60,664 nucleotides of DNA from a bacterium (GTDB lineage Bacteria; Patescibacteriota; Dojkabacteria; JAKAPS01; JAJZLI01): the NCBI GenBank assembly GCA_021810605.1, contig JAJZIL010000004.1, positions 1 through 60,664 on the forward strand, written 5' to 3'. The translations under genes and the position numbers were made by a program. The notes beneath the pieces are model-generated. The model did no database searches, was not told where the DNA came from, and was given only the letters and a program-made list of their open reading frames with translations. Positions within the stretch are counted from its first letter, which is position 1; every line of letters begins with the position of its first letter. Shown in pieces: positions 18,778 to 29,245 of this stretch.

Positions 18778-20240
18778 GTTTTTTTTATTGTAGGGGTGTA
18801 AGTTATATCTCTACCAATAAGAAGTCTTGTTTGAGCATCAATTGCAGGTATTGCTGAGAAAATTATACTTACAATTGGATAAGTTATCCAAGTAAGGTAA
18901 GAGAATGCATTGTTAAGTGGGTTTTTATGAGTTTTCTCTGGTGCCATTTTTAATTCAAAAATAAGTATTACTATAACTAATATAGTTGTAATAGTAAGGA
19001 ATCTACTAACTATAGTAGGTATAGTATATGAGAGAGTAGTCTTTTGATAATGATAATTTAGCTCTGGAATAAGATCTCCAAAGGTTATAATAATAGGTGC
19101 AATTGCTCTTTCAAATGAATTTCTAATTTGTTGGAATATTAATGTAAATTTTCTATATCTGGATATTTTTTTATTTTTCATAACATTAGGGATACTAAAT
19201 GCCATTTCACTAGCTCCCCATGCCCATCTTCTAAGTTGTTTGTATTGTTCTTTTAAACTTTTCCAATAAGTCTCAGCTAATACTGCATCTCCATAAACAG
19301 GAACAAATAAAGGAATTACCTTTGTATCATTTCCAAATTGTAATGTTGCTTTCCAATAAAGTCTCTCATCTTCTGGGATTACATCAGGATCCCAGAATCC
19401 AGATTTTTTTAAAGATTCAAAATTAATTGCATAACAGGAAAAATTCATTAATCTTTCAGGTTTAAATGTTAATGCCATTTGCCATTGTGCAGAAAAAGTT
19501 GCAATTATTCTTGAAGCTATAGGTACTTTCCAAATATTATTATAGAATATTGGAATTGGTTGGTATATTGTTTTATCTCTATTTTCTTCACTAAGGTATG
19601 TATAAGTAAGATAAAGAAAATAATTTTTATTATGTCTATAATCTGCATCACTACTTGTAATTATAGCTTTTTTAGGATCTAATCCCCTTTCTTTAAATAT
19701 TTTATATAATTCTCTTGCTGCAAAATTCTCATTAGATGCTTTTCCTGGAATTTCTCCTTCTATGACTGTATGCTCAGTTATAATGAAATCATAATACTTA
19801 TCTTTTATTTCCTTTTTATACTCCTCTCCTATCTCTTTTCCATTAGGGAATTTTTTTTCAGTTGCAAAAAGAATTATTTTTTTATCATTGGGGTATATAA
19901 TGTTATTAGTCGCTTGAATTGTAGGATCAATTATATCTTTTGATTCATTAGCTACAGGAATAAGTAATATTTCATAATATTCTTTCCATATATCTTTAAA
20001 TTCAGTATTTAGTTTTTCTTCCCAATTTATTTTTTTTACTTGATCTATCCTTTTATTTGCTTTATAAACCAGATACATTATATTTAATGCCTGATATATA
20101 AAATATAGGATATAAAAAATTACCAGATAGATAACTACAATTGGAATAGTAAAAGAAAGTATAAATATAAGAACAATACTTCCCCAAAGTATAGTTCCAG
20201 GAATCATTTTTAATAATCTTGTTCTCAATTTAAGACTCAT
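18774..20240 (-). CDS. membrane-embedded processive GT2-type glycosyltransferase (cellulose/chitin/hyaluronan-synthase-like)
   Basis: 488 aa with TM helices at both ends. Has SSDADY (DxD), PEDERL (ED) and QLRRWAWG (QxxRW), the D,D,D,QxxRW signature. Confidence 0.65.
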   Translation of the reverse strand: MSLKLRTRLLKMIPGTILWGSIVLIFILSFTIPIVVIYLVIFYILYFIYQALNIMYLVYKANKRIDQVKKINWEEKLNTEFKDIWKEYYEILLIPVANESKDIIDPTIQATNNIIYPNDKKIILFATEKKFPNGKEIGEEYKKEIKDKYYDFIITEHTVIEGEIPGKASNENFAARELYKIFKERGLDPKKAIITSSDADYRHNKNYFLYLTYTYLSEENRDKTIYQPIPIFYNNIWKVPIASRIIATFSAQWQMALTFKPERLMNFSCYAINFESLKKSGFWDPDVIPEDERLYWKATLQFGNDTKVIPLFVPVYGDAVLAETYWKSLKEQYKQLRRWAWGASEMAFSIPNVMKNKKISRYRKFTLIFQQIRNSFERAIAPIIITFGDLIPELNYHYQKTTLSYTIPTIVSRFLTITTILVIVILIFELKMAPEKTHKNPLNNAFSYLTWITYPIVSIIFSAIPAIDAQTRLLIGRDITYTPTIKKT

Positions 20241-20317
20241 ATTGTGTAAGGATGTTGAGATCAGTACAGAATTATATCATTTAGTAATATATTATACTAT
20301 GGTAAAATACAAATTGT

Positions 20318-22834
20318 ATGAAGAACACTCCTGCAATGTTGCAGTATCGAACAATAAAAAAAGATAATCCTGATGTAATAATTCTATTTAGAATGGGAGA
20401 TTTTTATGAAACTTTTGATGAAGATGCAAAAATTGTATCTAAAGTTTTAAATATAACTCTTACATCTAGAGATAAGACTACAAATAAAACTCCAATGGCA
20501 GGATTTCCATATCATGCACTTGATACATATTTAGAAAAACTCATTGATAATAATCTTAAAGTTGGAATATGTGAGCAACTAGAGGATCCTAAAACTGTTA
20601 AGGGTATAGTGAAAAGAGATCTTGTCAAAATTATAACTCCTGGAACATATATTTCAAATATTCAGACTGAGAAAAAAGAAAGTAATTTTATTATGGCTAT
20701 ATATGATCTAACAAATTCATTTTATGCTGTATCTTTTATAGATTTCTCCTCAGGAGATTTTTATATTACAGATGTACTTCCACAGGAAATTTTATATTCT
20801 TTAATTAGTACTATAAATCCCAAAGAGTTAATTTTTAATACTGATTCTAAACTTAATTTGAATAATAGGAATATAACATATTTAGATAATTTTGAAGGTG
20901 ATATTTCTGAAGATTTGATTTTAGATGATGATATAGATAAATCACATAAATCAATAAAGTCATCTTTGGCAATATTAAAATATTTAAAGGAAACTCAGAA
21001 AGTAGAACTTAATCATATTAAAAAACTGAAAAAATTTAATTTTTCTCAATACATGTTACTTGATGAAACAACTATAAGAAGCTTAGAAATATTTAGAAGT
21101 ATAAGAGGTGATTCATATGAAGGATCTTTAATTTCAGTAATAGATAGAACTTCTACTTCTATGGGGACTAGAAAATTAAGATTTATTCTCTCTCACCCAT
21201 TAATAGATCATAATCTTATTCAAGAAAGATTAGATAGTGTGGAAGAGATAATAGAATACAATATATTTGAATCTGTAAAATTAATATTGAAAGAAATCTA
21301 TGATATAGAAAGGATAGCAACTAAAATAGGTATATCAACTGTAGTAGCTAGGGATTTAATAGCATTAAAGAATTCAATAAAAATATCGAAATCCTTAAAA
21401 GAACATTTATCTTTATTAAAAACTAAACTTTCAGTAGAGATATTTAATAACATTTATTCTTCGAGTGAATTAGATGATCTATATAATTTAATTGATAAAT
21501 ATATAATAGATGACCCTCCTCTACTTTTAAGAGATGGAGGTTTTATAAAAGCTGGTATTAACGAAGATTTAGATAAATATAAGAAAGCTATAAAGGAAGG
21601 ACGTTCTTGGATATTAAATTTTCAACAAAAAGAGAAAGAAAAGTTAGGTATTCCATCTTTAAAGGTACATTATAATAAAGTTTTTGGATACTATATTGAA
21701 GTCTCAAATACACATAAGAATAAAATTCCATCTAATTATATAAGAAAGCAAACTCTTGCAAATGCAGAGAGGTATATATCGGAGGATTTAAAAGAATATG
21801 AAGATTTGATAGTAAATGCTGAATCTAGAAGTATTATTATTGAAAATGAAATATTTCTAAATTTAAAAGAAGAATTGAATAAATATATAAGAACAGTACA
21901 AATTTTTGCTGATAATATTGGATACTTGGATGTACTTATATCTTTTGCTATAGTGGCAGTTTCAAATTCATATACAAAACCTGTAATAAATATAGATAAT
22001 GATACATTGAATATTATAGATTCTAGACATCCAGTTATAGAAGAAGTTATAAAACCATTACCATATATTCCTAATGATATACTACTTACAAGGGATGAGA
22101 ATATAATGATTATTTCTGGCCCAAATATGTCAGGAAAAAGTAGTATATTAAGGCAGACTGCAATAATATCAATATTAGCTCAGATTGGATCATTTGTTCC
22201 ATCATCTTCAGCATTGATTCCTATTGTAGATAGAGTTTTCACTAGGGTTGGATCATCAGATAATCTAGCAGGTGGAGAAAGTACTTTTATGGTAGAGATG
22301 AGTGAGGTATCAAATATACTCTCTAATGCAACTCGTAAAAGTTTGATTATATTAGATGAGATTGGTAGGGGGACATCAACTTTTGATGGTGTATCAATTG
22401 CATGGGCTATTATAGAATATATACATGATAAAATTAAATCTAAGACTATTATCGCAACACATTATCACGAACTTTTAAAGTTAGAAGATATACTTTCTGG
22501 AGTTTTTAATATGAGTATTTTAGTTAAAGATGATAATAAAGATATAATCTTTTTAAGAAAATTAAAAAAAGGTGGTACTGATAAGAGTTATGGAATTCAT
22601 GTTGCAAAACTAGCAAAACTTCCAGACAGTTTAATTAATAGAGCTTTTGATATATTATCTCAGTTTGAAGATAGTAAGAGAGAATATAATAAAAATACAG
22701 TACAAGAAAGTTTTTTTGAAAGTACAGATCAGAGTATGTTAGATATAAAAAGTGAGCTTGAATCTTTAGATATAAATACTATCTCTCCTATAGATGCATT
22801 TAATAAATTATTAGAACTAAGGTCAAAATTATGA
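20318..22834 (+). CDS. mutS: DNA mismatch repair protein MutS
   Basis: 838 aa. TPAMLQYRTIK..FRMGDFYETF (mismatch-binding Phe-x-Glu), Walker A GPNMSGKSS, and DEIGRGTST. Confidence 0.95.
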   Translation: MKNTPAMLQYRTIKKDNPDVIILFRMGDFYETFDEDAKIVSKVLNITLTSRDKTTNKTPMAGFPYHALDTYLEKLIDNNLKVGICEQLEDPKTVKGIVKRDLVKIITPGTYISNIQTEKKESNFIMAIYDLTNSFYAVSFIDFSSGDFYITDVLPQEILYSLISTINPKELIFNTDSKLNLNNRNITYLDNFEGDISEDLILDDDIDKSHKSIKSSLAILKYLKETQKVELNHIKKLKKFNFSQYMLLDETTIRSLEIFRSIRGDSYEGSLISVIDRTSTSMGTRKLRFILSHPLIDHNLIQERLDSVEEIIEYNIFESVKLILKEIYDIERIATKIGISTVVARDLIALKNSIKISKSLKEHLSLLKTKLSVEIFNNIYSSSELDDLYNLIDKYIIDDPPLLLRDGGFIKAGINEDLDKYKKAIKEGRSWILNFQQKEKEKLGIPSLKVHYNKVFGYYIEVSNTHKNKIPSNYIRKQTLANAERYISEDLKEYEDLIVNAESRSIIIENEIFLNLKEELNKYIRTVQIFADNIGYLDVLISFAIVAVSNSYTKPVINIDNDTLNIIDSRHPVIEEVIKPLPYIPNDILLTRDENIMIISGPNMSGKSSILRQTAIISILAQIGSFVPSSSALIPIVDRVFTRVGSSDNLAGGESTFMVEMSEVSNILSNATRKSLIILDEIGRGTSTFDGVSIAWAIIEYIHDKIKSKTIIATHYHELLKLEDILSGVFNMSILVKDDNKDIIFLRKLKKGGTDKSYGIHVAKLAKLPDSLINRAFDILSQFEDSKREYNKNTVQESFFESTDQSMLDIKSELESLDINTISPIDAFNKLLELRSKL

Positions 22835-24558
22835 TTAAAATATTACCAGAGACTCTATCAAATAAAATAGCTGCAGGAGAAGTAATTGATAGACCAGCGT
22901 CTGTATTAAAAGAACTTTTAGAAAATGCAGTTGATTCTCATGCAAGTGAGATAAGTGTTTATTTAGATGGTATAAATATTAGAGTTGATGATAATGGCGA
23001 TGGTATGAGTAAAGAGGATATGCAACTTGCTATAAAAAGATTTGCTACTTCAAAAATCTCTAGTGAGAATGATTTAGAGAATATATCTACTTTTGGTTTT
23101 AGAGGTGAGGCTCTTCCTTCTATAGTATCAGTTTCCAAAACTATAATTATATCTAAAAAAGATAAGCAAGATTTTGGATACAAGATTGAGATTTGGGGAG
23201 GAAAAATTATAAATATAACTGAACATGCTTCTGTAAGAGGAACAAGTATTGAAGTAAAAGATCTTTTTTATAATACTCCTGCAAGGTTAAAATTTATGAA
23301 AAGTTATGATACAGAGTATCGATATATAGTAGATGTTTTTGAAGAGATTTCTCTAGTTAATCCTAATATACATTTTAAATTTATAAAAAAAGGAATAACA
23401 GTTTATGATTTTTTTCCAGAAAAAAGTGAATTAAGATTTAGAAAGATATTACCTAAAGGAGATTATAAATTTTTAAATATAGATTATAAAACTCCAGAGA
23501 TATCTATATCTGGGTTTATATCTTCTCCTGAATTTTCTAGAAGTGGAAAAGATTATGAATATATATTTGTAAATAAAAGAATAATCTCAAATAATGCACT
23601 TTCTAAAGCTATAATTGAAGGATATTCAGATTTTTTAGATAATAATAGATATCCTATATATTCTGTTTTCATTGAGCTCAATCCTGCATTAGTGGATGTA
23701 AATGTTCATCCAAGAAAAATGGAAGTGAAATTTCAAGATTTAAATAAGATTTATAGTATTATTAAATCTGAGGTGAGTAAATTAGTAACAGGATCTAAAA
23801 GTTCTAGTTTTAATCCTCAGTATATGGATAAAAAAATAAATAACACTAGTAGATATGATATTAAATCTAGTGGAAGTCATGATATAAAAGATTATAAACA
23901 AGGGAGTAATAATAAAAAGTCAGAGTCTATTTATAAAGAAAATTTTAATCCTATTAATATAGATCTATTAGATATTCCAATAGACAATAGTGTTTCAGAT
24001 ATATTCCAAATTTTTAATAAATTTATCATAACAACTGCAGGAGATAATCTTCAAATTATAGATCAACATGCTGCATCAGAAAGAGTTATGTATGAGAGTA
24101 TTGAAAATAATTATTTATCAATGAATATTGAATCTCAAAGTTTTCTAATACCCTACTCTATTGAGCTTAATGATAAAGATTTTAATATATTTTCAAATAA
24201 TTTAGATATATTTAAAAAAACGGGGTTAGAATTTGAAATATTTGGTGATAATATAATGAAAGTATCTTCACTTCCTTTGGTTATGCAAGATATAGATATT
24301 GACTCTTTTATTCAGGATCTTATATCAGATATAAAGAGTGAAAAATTTACAGAGTCTTTAAATAAGGAGCATTTTATTATTGCTACTATTGCTTGTCATT
24401 CAAGTGTGAGATTTGGAGATAGATTAGATAAATACAAAATGACTAAAATAGTTTCAGATCTTAAAAAATGTAGAGATCCATATTTTTGTCCTCATGGAAG
24501 ACCTACTACATATGAAATTCCATTAGATGAATTATTAAAAAAATTTAGGAGAAAATAG
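22831..24558 (+). CDS. mutL: DNA mismatch repair endonuclease MutL
   Basis: 575 aa. GHKL ATPase N-terminus (IAAGEVIDRPASVLKELLENAVD), endonuclease motif DQHAASERVMYE and C-terminal FCPHGRP. ATGA overlap with mutS. Confidence 0.93.
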   Translation: MIKILPETLSNKIAAGEVIDRPASVLKELLENAVDSHASEISVYLDGINIRVDDNGDGMSKEDMQLAIKRFATSKISSENDLENISTFGFRGEALPSIVSVSKTIIISKKDKQDFGYKIEIWGGKIINITEHASVRGTSIEVKDLFYNTPARLKFMKSYDTEYRYIVDVFEEISLVNPNIHFKFIKKGITVYDFFPEKSELRFRKILPKGDYKFLNIDYKTPEISISGFISSPEFSRSGKDYEYIFVNKRIISNNALSKAIIEGYSDFLDNNRYPIYSVFIELNPALVDVNVHPRKMEVKFQDLNKIYSIIKSEVSKLVTGSKSSSFNPQYMDKKINNTSRYDIKSSGSHDIKDYKQGSNNKKSESIYKENFNPINIDLLDIPIDNSVSDIFQIFNKFIITTAGDNLQIIDQHAASERVMYESIENNYLSMNIESQSFLIPYSIELNDKDFNIFSNNLDIFKKTGLEFEIFGDNIMKVSSLPLVMQDIDIDSFIQDLISDIKSEKFTESLNKEHFIIATIACHSSVRFGDRLDKYKMTKIVSDLKKCRDPYFCPHGRPTTYEIPLDELLKKFRRK

Positions 24559-24560
24559 AT

Positions 24561-25190
24561 ATGAGTATTAAGGGAATATTTTTTGATTTTGATAATACAA
24601 CAGTAGATGACTATGACTTTATTATTGAATGTTTTAGAAAATCTTTTCTAGATTTAGGAGAGATAGTTGAATATAGGGATATTGAAAGACTTTTAGGTAG
24701 AGAACAAAGATCAATAATAGAAGAGATTTTTTCAGATGATAAAGATATTAAAAAAGCTTCTGAATATTTTGATAAGTATTACTTTGAAGAATTTAAAACA
24801 AATATAAACATTTTTCCTGAAATAATTAAAGTTCTAACAATTCTTCAGAGAGATTATAGAATAGCTTTAATAACTGGGGCTCCAAAAGATAAGGTTAAAA
24901 TTGTTTCTGAATATTTTGATATCAGTAAATTTTACTCTTCAGTAGTTACATCAGATGATGTATTGGAATATAAACCTAATTCTGAAGGTTTATTATTGAC
25001 ATTAGATAGGCTTAATTTAAAAAGAGATGAAGTTCTTTATATAGGTGATGCAAATGAAGATCTAGTTTTATCAAAGAATGTAGGAGTAAAATTTCTTAAA
25101 GCAGGTTGGGCAGATCCAAGAACTTTTAATATTAAAAATTCTGATTATACAATGATAGCAAATCCAATGTTAATTTTAGATTATATATAA
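24561..25190 (+). CDS. HAD-superfamily hydrolase (phosphoglycolate phosphatase-like)
   Basis: 209 aa. Motif I FDFDNT, and GDANEDL near the C-terminus. AGGAG Shine-Dalgarno 9 nt upstream of the start. Confidence 0.75.
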   Translation: MSIKGIFFDFDNTTVDDYDFIIECFRKSFLDLGEIVEYRDIERLLGREQRSIIEEIFSDDKDIKKASEYFDKYYFEEFKTNINIFPEIIKVLTILQRDYRIALITGAPKDKVKIVSEYFDISKFYSSVVTSDDVLEYKPNSEGLLLTLDRLNLKRDEVLYIGDANEDLVLSKNVGVKFLKAGWADPRTFNIKNSDYTMIANPMLILDYI

Positions 25191-25204
25191 ATATATTAAA
25201 TAAT

Positions 25205-28039
25205 TTATATATATTTTTTTAGATATTTACCAGTATAACTATTTGGATCTTTTATAATATTTTCAGGAATTCCTTCAAAAATTATATTTCCTCCTTTATC
25301 TCCACCTTCTTTTCCGAGGTCAATTATCCAGTCTGCAATTTTTATTACATCCATATTATGTTCTATTACTAATACTGTATTTTTTTGATCTACTAATTTA
25401 TTTAATACTTTAAGTAATTTTTTTATATCATCAAAATGTAGTCCAGTTGTAGGTTCATCTAATATATATAAAGTTTTTCCAGTTGCTCTTCTTGATAATT
25501 CTGATGCAAGTTTTATTCTCTGTGATTCTCCTCCTGAAAGAGTAGTAGCACTTTGACCTAACTTAATATAACCTAGACCAACATCATCTAAAGTTTTCAT
25601 TTTTGTTTTGATTGATTGAATATTTTCAAAGAAAAGTATAGCTTCTTTTATTGTCATATCTAATATTTCAGAAATATTTTTTCCTTTATATTCAATTTCT
25701 AATGCTTCTTTATTATATCTTTTTCCTTTACATTCTTCACAAGTAACATAGATATCAGGTAAAAATTGCATTTCAATTTTTATTATTCCATCTCCTTTAC
25801 ATGTTTCACATCGTCCACCTTTTACATTAAAGCTAAATCTACCAGCTTTATAGCCTTTCATTTTTGATATTTTTGTAGAAGCAAATAGTTCTCTTATAAA
25901 TGTAAAAGCTCCCGTGTAAGTTGCGGGATTGGATCTAGGAGTTTTTCCAATAGGAGATTGGTCAATATCTATTATTTTATTTATGTTTTCTATCCCATCT
26001 ATATATTCACATTCTCCTACTATCTTCTTAGTATTATATATTTCATTAGATATATATGGATATAATATATCATTTATAAGTGTACTTTTTCCTGATCCAG
26101 AAACTCCTGTAACTACAGTAAATGTCTCTAATGGTATTTTAACATTTATATTTTTCAGATTATGTTCTTTAGCTCCATTAATTTCTAGATATTTTTTGTA
26201 ATCTCTTCTTTTTTTAGGGATTTCTATCTTTTCTTTTTTTGATAAATATTTCCCTGTAATACTTTTTGGATTATTTTTTATATCTTTAAAATCACCAGTT
26301 GCAATAACTTCTCCCCCATAAACTCCTGCACCAGGACCGATATCTATTATATGATCTGCATTTTCCATTGTTTCTTCGTCATGTTCAACTACAATAACAG
26401 TATTTCCTAAATCTTTAAGTTCTTTTAGAGTCTCAATTAATTTCATATTATCTCTTTGATGTAGTCCTATAGATGGTTCATCTAGAACATATAGTATTCC
26501 AGAAAGTTTTGACCCTATTTGAGATGCAAGTCTTATTCTTTGAGCCTCCCCTCCTGCGAGTGTTTTAGAGGATCTATCTAACGACAGATACCATACTCCA
26601 ACTGCATCTAAGAATTTTGCTCTACTTTCTATTTCTTGTAGTATTTGTTTAGATATAAATTTTTCTGAATCAGTAAATCCTTCTTTAATTTTAGATATCC
26701 ACTCTACGAATTCATCAATATGAATTTTACTTACTTGATCTATAGATTTGTTATCAATTTTAATAGATCTTGCTATTTTATTTAATTTTGTACCTTTACA
26801 AACTTCACAAACCATTTGTTTCATATATTCAGATATTTCTCTCTTTACTGAGTCTGATCCATTGGAATATTTTTCTAATAGATGTGGAATTATACCCATA
26901 AATGTTACAGAATAAGTTTTAGTACTTCTCATTCTTGGTTTATATTGTATTTTATATGTTTCATTTCCAGTTCCGTACATAAGTATTTTTAGTTGTTCTT
27001 TAGTATAATTTTGGAATGGAATATCAAGAGGTATATTATTTTTTGATGCTACTTCTTGTATTATCTTTATTATCCATGATGACTTATAATGAGTAATTTC
27101 ATTGGACAATAAATATAGAGCTCCTTCCATAAAAGTAAGTTTTGGGTTATATATTAAATCTTCTTCAATAGATTCTATAATTCCTAATCCTGAACAATTC
27201 TCACAAGCTCCATAAGGTGAGTTAAAAGAGAAGGTATTAGGTTGTATTTCAGGTATTGATGTATGACAATTTAGACATGATAGGTTTTCAGAATATAGAA
27301 TATCCTTATTATCATCTTCAATATGTATAATGACTTCTCCTTCTGAAAGTAGAGCTGCTCTCTCTACTGATTCATTGATTCTACTTTTTATATCAATATC
27401 TTCATCTTTAATAATCAATCTATTTAATACAATATCTATATTATGTGATTTATATCTATCAAGTTTAATATCTTCATCTAATGAGTAAAAAATATTATCA
27501 ATTCTAGCTCTAGTGAATCCTTTAGAAAAAAAATTATCTAGTATTTCTATATATTCTCCTTTTTTATTTCTTATTATAGGAGATAAGATAATTATTTTTT
27601 TATCTTTAATTTTCATTATTTCTTCTGTTATTTGTTCTATTGTTTGATGTTCTATCTTACTTCCACATTTAGGACAATATGGAATTCCAATTTTTGAATA
27701 TAGTAATCGTAGATAATCATATATTTCTGTAGTGGTACCAACAGTAGAACGAGGGTTTCTACTTGCAGTTTTCTGATCAATTGATATTGCAGGAGATAAT
27801 CCATCTATATAGTCTAGATCAGGTTTTTTCATTACACCTAAAAATTGTCTGGCATATGAAGAAAGAGATTCTACATATCTTCTTTGTCCTTCTGCGTAAA
27901 TTGTATCAAATGCTAAGGAAGATTTTCCTGATCCTGAAACTCCTGTAATTACTATTAATTTATTTTTCGGTATTTCTAGATCAATATTTTTAAGATTATT
28001 TTCTCTAGCACCTTTTATTATTATTTTAGTATTATTCAT
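25205..28039 (-). CDS. uvrA: excinuclease ABC subunit A
   Basis: 944 aa. Two ABC modules (GVSGSGKSS and GVSGSGKST, LSGGE signatures) and zinc-finger CxxC pairs. Confidence 0.96.
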   Translation of the reverse strand: MNNTKIIIKGARENNLKNIDLEIPKNKLIVITGVSGSGKSSLAFDTIYAEGQRRYVESLSSYARQFLGVMKKPDLDYIDGLSPAISIDQKTASRNPRSTVGTTTEIYDYLRLLYSKIGIPYCPKCGSKIEHQTIEQITEEIMKIKDKKIIILSPIIRNKKGEYIEILDNFFSKGFTRARIDNIFYSLDEDIKLDRYKSHNIDIVLNRLIIKDEDIDIKSRINESVERAALLSEGEVIIHIEDDNKDILYSENLSCLNCHTSIPEIQPNTFSFNSPYGACENCSGLGIIESIEEDLIYNPKLTFMEGALYLLSNEITHYKSSWIIKIIQEVASKNNIPLDIPFQNYTKEQLKILMYGTGNETYKIQYKPRMRSTKTYSVTFMGIIPHLLEKYSNGSDSVKREISEYMKQMVCEVCKGTKLNKIARSIKIDNKSIDQVSKIHIDEFVEWISKIKEGFTDSEKFISKQILQEIESRAKFLDAVGVWYLSLDRSSKTLAGGEAQRIRLASQIGSKLSGILYVLDEPSIGLHQRDNMKLIETLKELKDLGNTVIVVEHDEETMENADHIIDIGPGAGVYGGEVIATGDFKDIKNNPKSITGKYLSKKEKIEIPKKRRDYKKYLEINGAKEHNLKNINVKIPLETFTVVTGVSGSGKSTLINDILYPYISNEIYNTKKIVGECEYIDGIENINKIIDIDQSPIGKTPRSNPATYTGAFTFIRELFASTKISKMKGYKAGRFSFNVKGGRCETCKGDGIIKIEMQFLPDIYVTCEECKGKRYNKEALEIEYKGKNISEILDMTIKEAILFFENIQSIKTKMKTLDDVGLGYIKLGQSATTLSGGESQRIKLASELSRRATGKTLYILDEPTTGLHFDDIKKLLKVLNKLVDQKNTVLVIEHNMDVIKIADWIIDLGKEGGDKGGNIIFEGIPENIIKDPNSYTGKYLKKYI

Positions 28040-28075
28040 ATTTGGTTTTTCATTTTAACACATATCTGTATTATT

Positions 28076-29242
28076 TTATAACCAATACATTTTAGAAGTA
28101 CTATCTACATTACTACTTATTGTTAAGTATAATAAATGCCCAAATACTAATTTGTTGTTCTTATATTTAATTGATTTTAATGCAATATCAAAAGAATTAT
28201 TATTAAGAGAAATAAATGCTAAGTGATTTCCTTTAGGACTCCATGTTGGTTGAGAATTTACTCCTGAGTTAACTAACTGAGAGGTTGTTTTATAAGTATT
28301 AAAACTACTATTTTCAGTATTATTTAGTATTGAATTAAGATTAAAATCCATTATATATAGATAATTATTATTATTTCCAACTCTTCTTGTATATGCTAGA
28401 TATTTCCCATTAGGAGAAAGTCTTGGTTCCATAGTATTTGATGAAACTGGTGTGACTGGATATGATTGTTGAGTTGAGAAATCATAAAGCATAATTTGAG
28501 AATTTGGTTGAGGTGTATTTGTGTAGTAGATATAGTATGTATAAAGTAAATAATTATTATTTGGCCAAGTTAAATCAGCATCTCCTCCTGTATAGCTTGT
28601 TGGTACAATTAAATTTGTCTCATTATATATTTGAGAAATATATGAACTAAATGAAGCATTTGAAGGGATCATCCAGACTCCTAATCCAGCTATAGGAACT
28701 CCTGTAATCAATTTATTTATATTTGAAAGATAAGATATGTATTGACCATTTGGAGAATATGCTGGAGTTGCTGACCATGCATTATTATTTATATTAGGGT
28801 TTGCCCAGTTGGTTATACGAATATTATTCTCCCCATTAATATTCATTTGATGGAGGTTAGAATAATTTGTATGGAAGCTAATATAACTAACTTTTTTTCC
28901 ATTTTTGGAAACAGCTATATCTGAAACATTATTTGTATGAGTAATTTGGCGACTTGTAACACCTGCAATTCTCCAAAGATTATTATTTTTTACGAAGTAT
29001 AATTCCCCATTGAGACTGTACTGATTAGTTAATGTTACGTTTTTTGATATAGTTGAGCTTAATTGTTTAGGATTTAGTATATCAGATATAATTACATTAT
29101 ACTTTATAATATAATATGCTATTATAACAACTAATATTAGAAGTATATACCTGAATTTAAATTTTCTTTTTTTACTTTCTTTTATATTTATAGTATTACT
29201 ATTTCGAGTATTAGAAATTTTATTTTCTTTTGAAAAATCCAT
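28076..29242 (-). CDS. membrane-anchored TolB-like beta-propeller (PD40 repeat) protein
   Basis: 388 aa with an N-terminal TM. Repeated SPNGQYISY / SPNGKYLAY / SPKGNHLAF PD40-type blades. Confidence 0.65.
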   Translation of the reverse strand: MDFSKENKISNTRNSNTINIKESKKRKFKFRYILLILVVIIAYYIIKYNVIISDILNPKQLSSTISKNVTLTNQYSLNGELYFVKNNNLWRIAGVTSRQITHTNNVSDIAVSKNGKKVSYISFHTNYSNLHQMNINGENNIRITNWANPNINNNAWSATPAYSPNGQYISYLSNINKLITGVPIAGLGVWMIPSNASFSSYISQIYNETNLIVPTSYTGGDADLTWPNNNYLLYTYYIYYTNTPQPNSQIMLYDFSTQQSYPVTPVSSNTMEPRLSPNGKYLAYTRRVGNNNNYLYIMDFNLNSILNNTENSSFNTYKTTSQLVNSGVNSQPTWSPKGNHLAFISLNNNSFDIALKSIKYKNNKLVFGHLLYLTISSNVDSTSKMYWL

Positions 29243-29245
29243 TAT

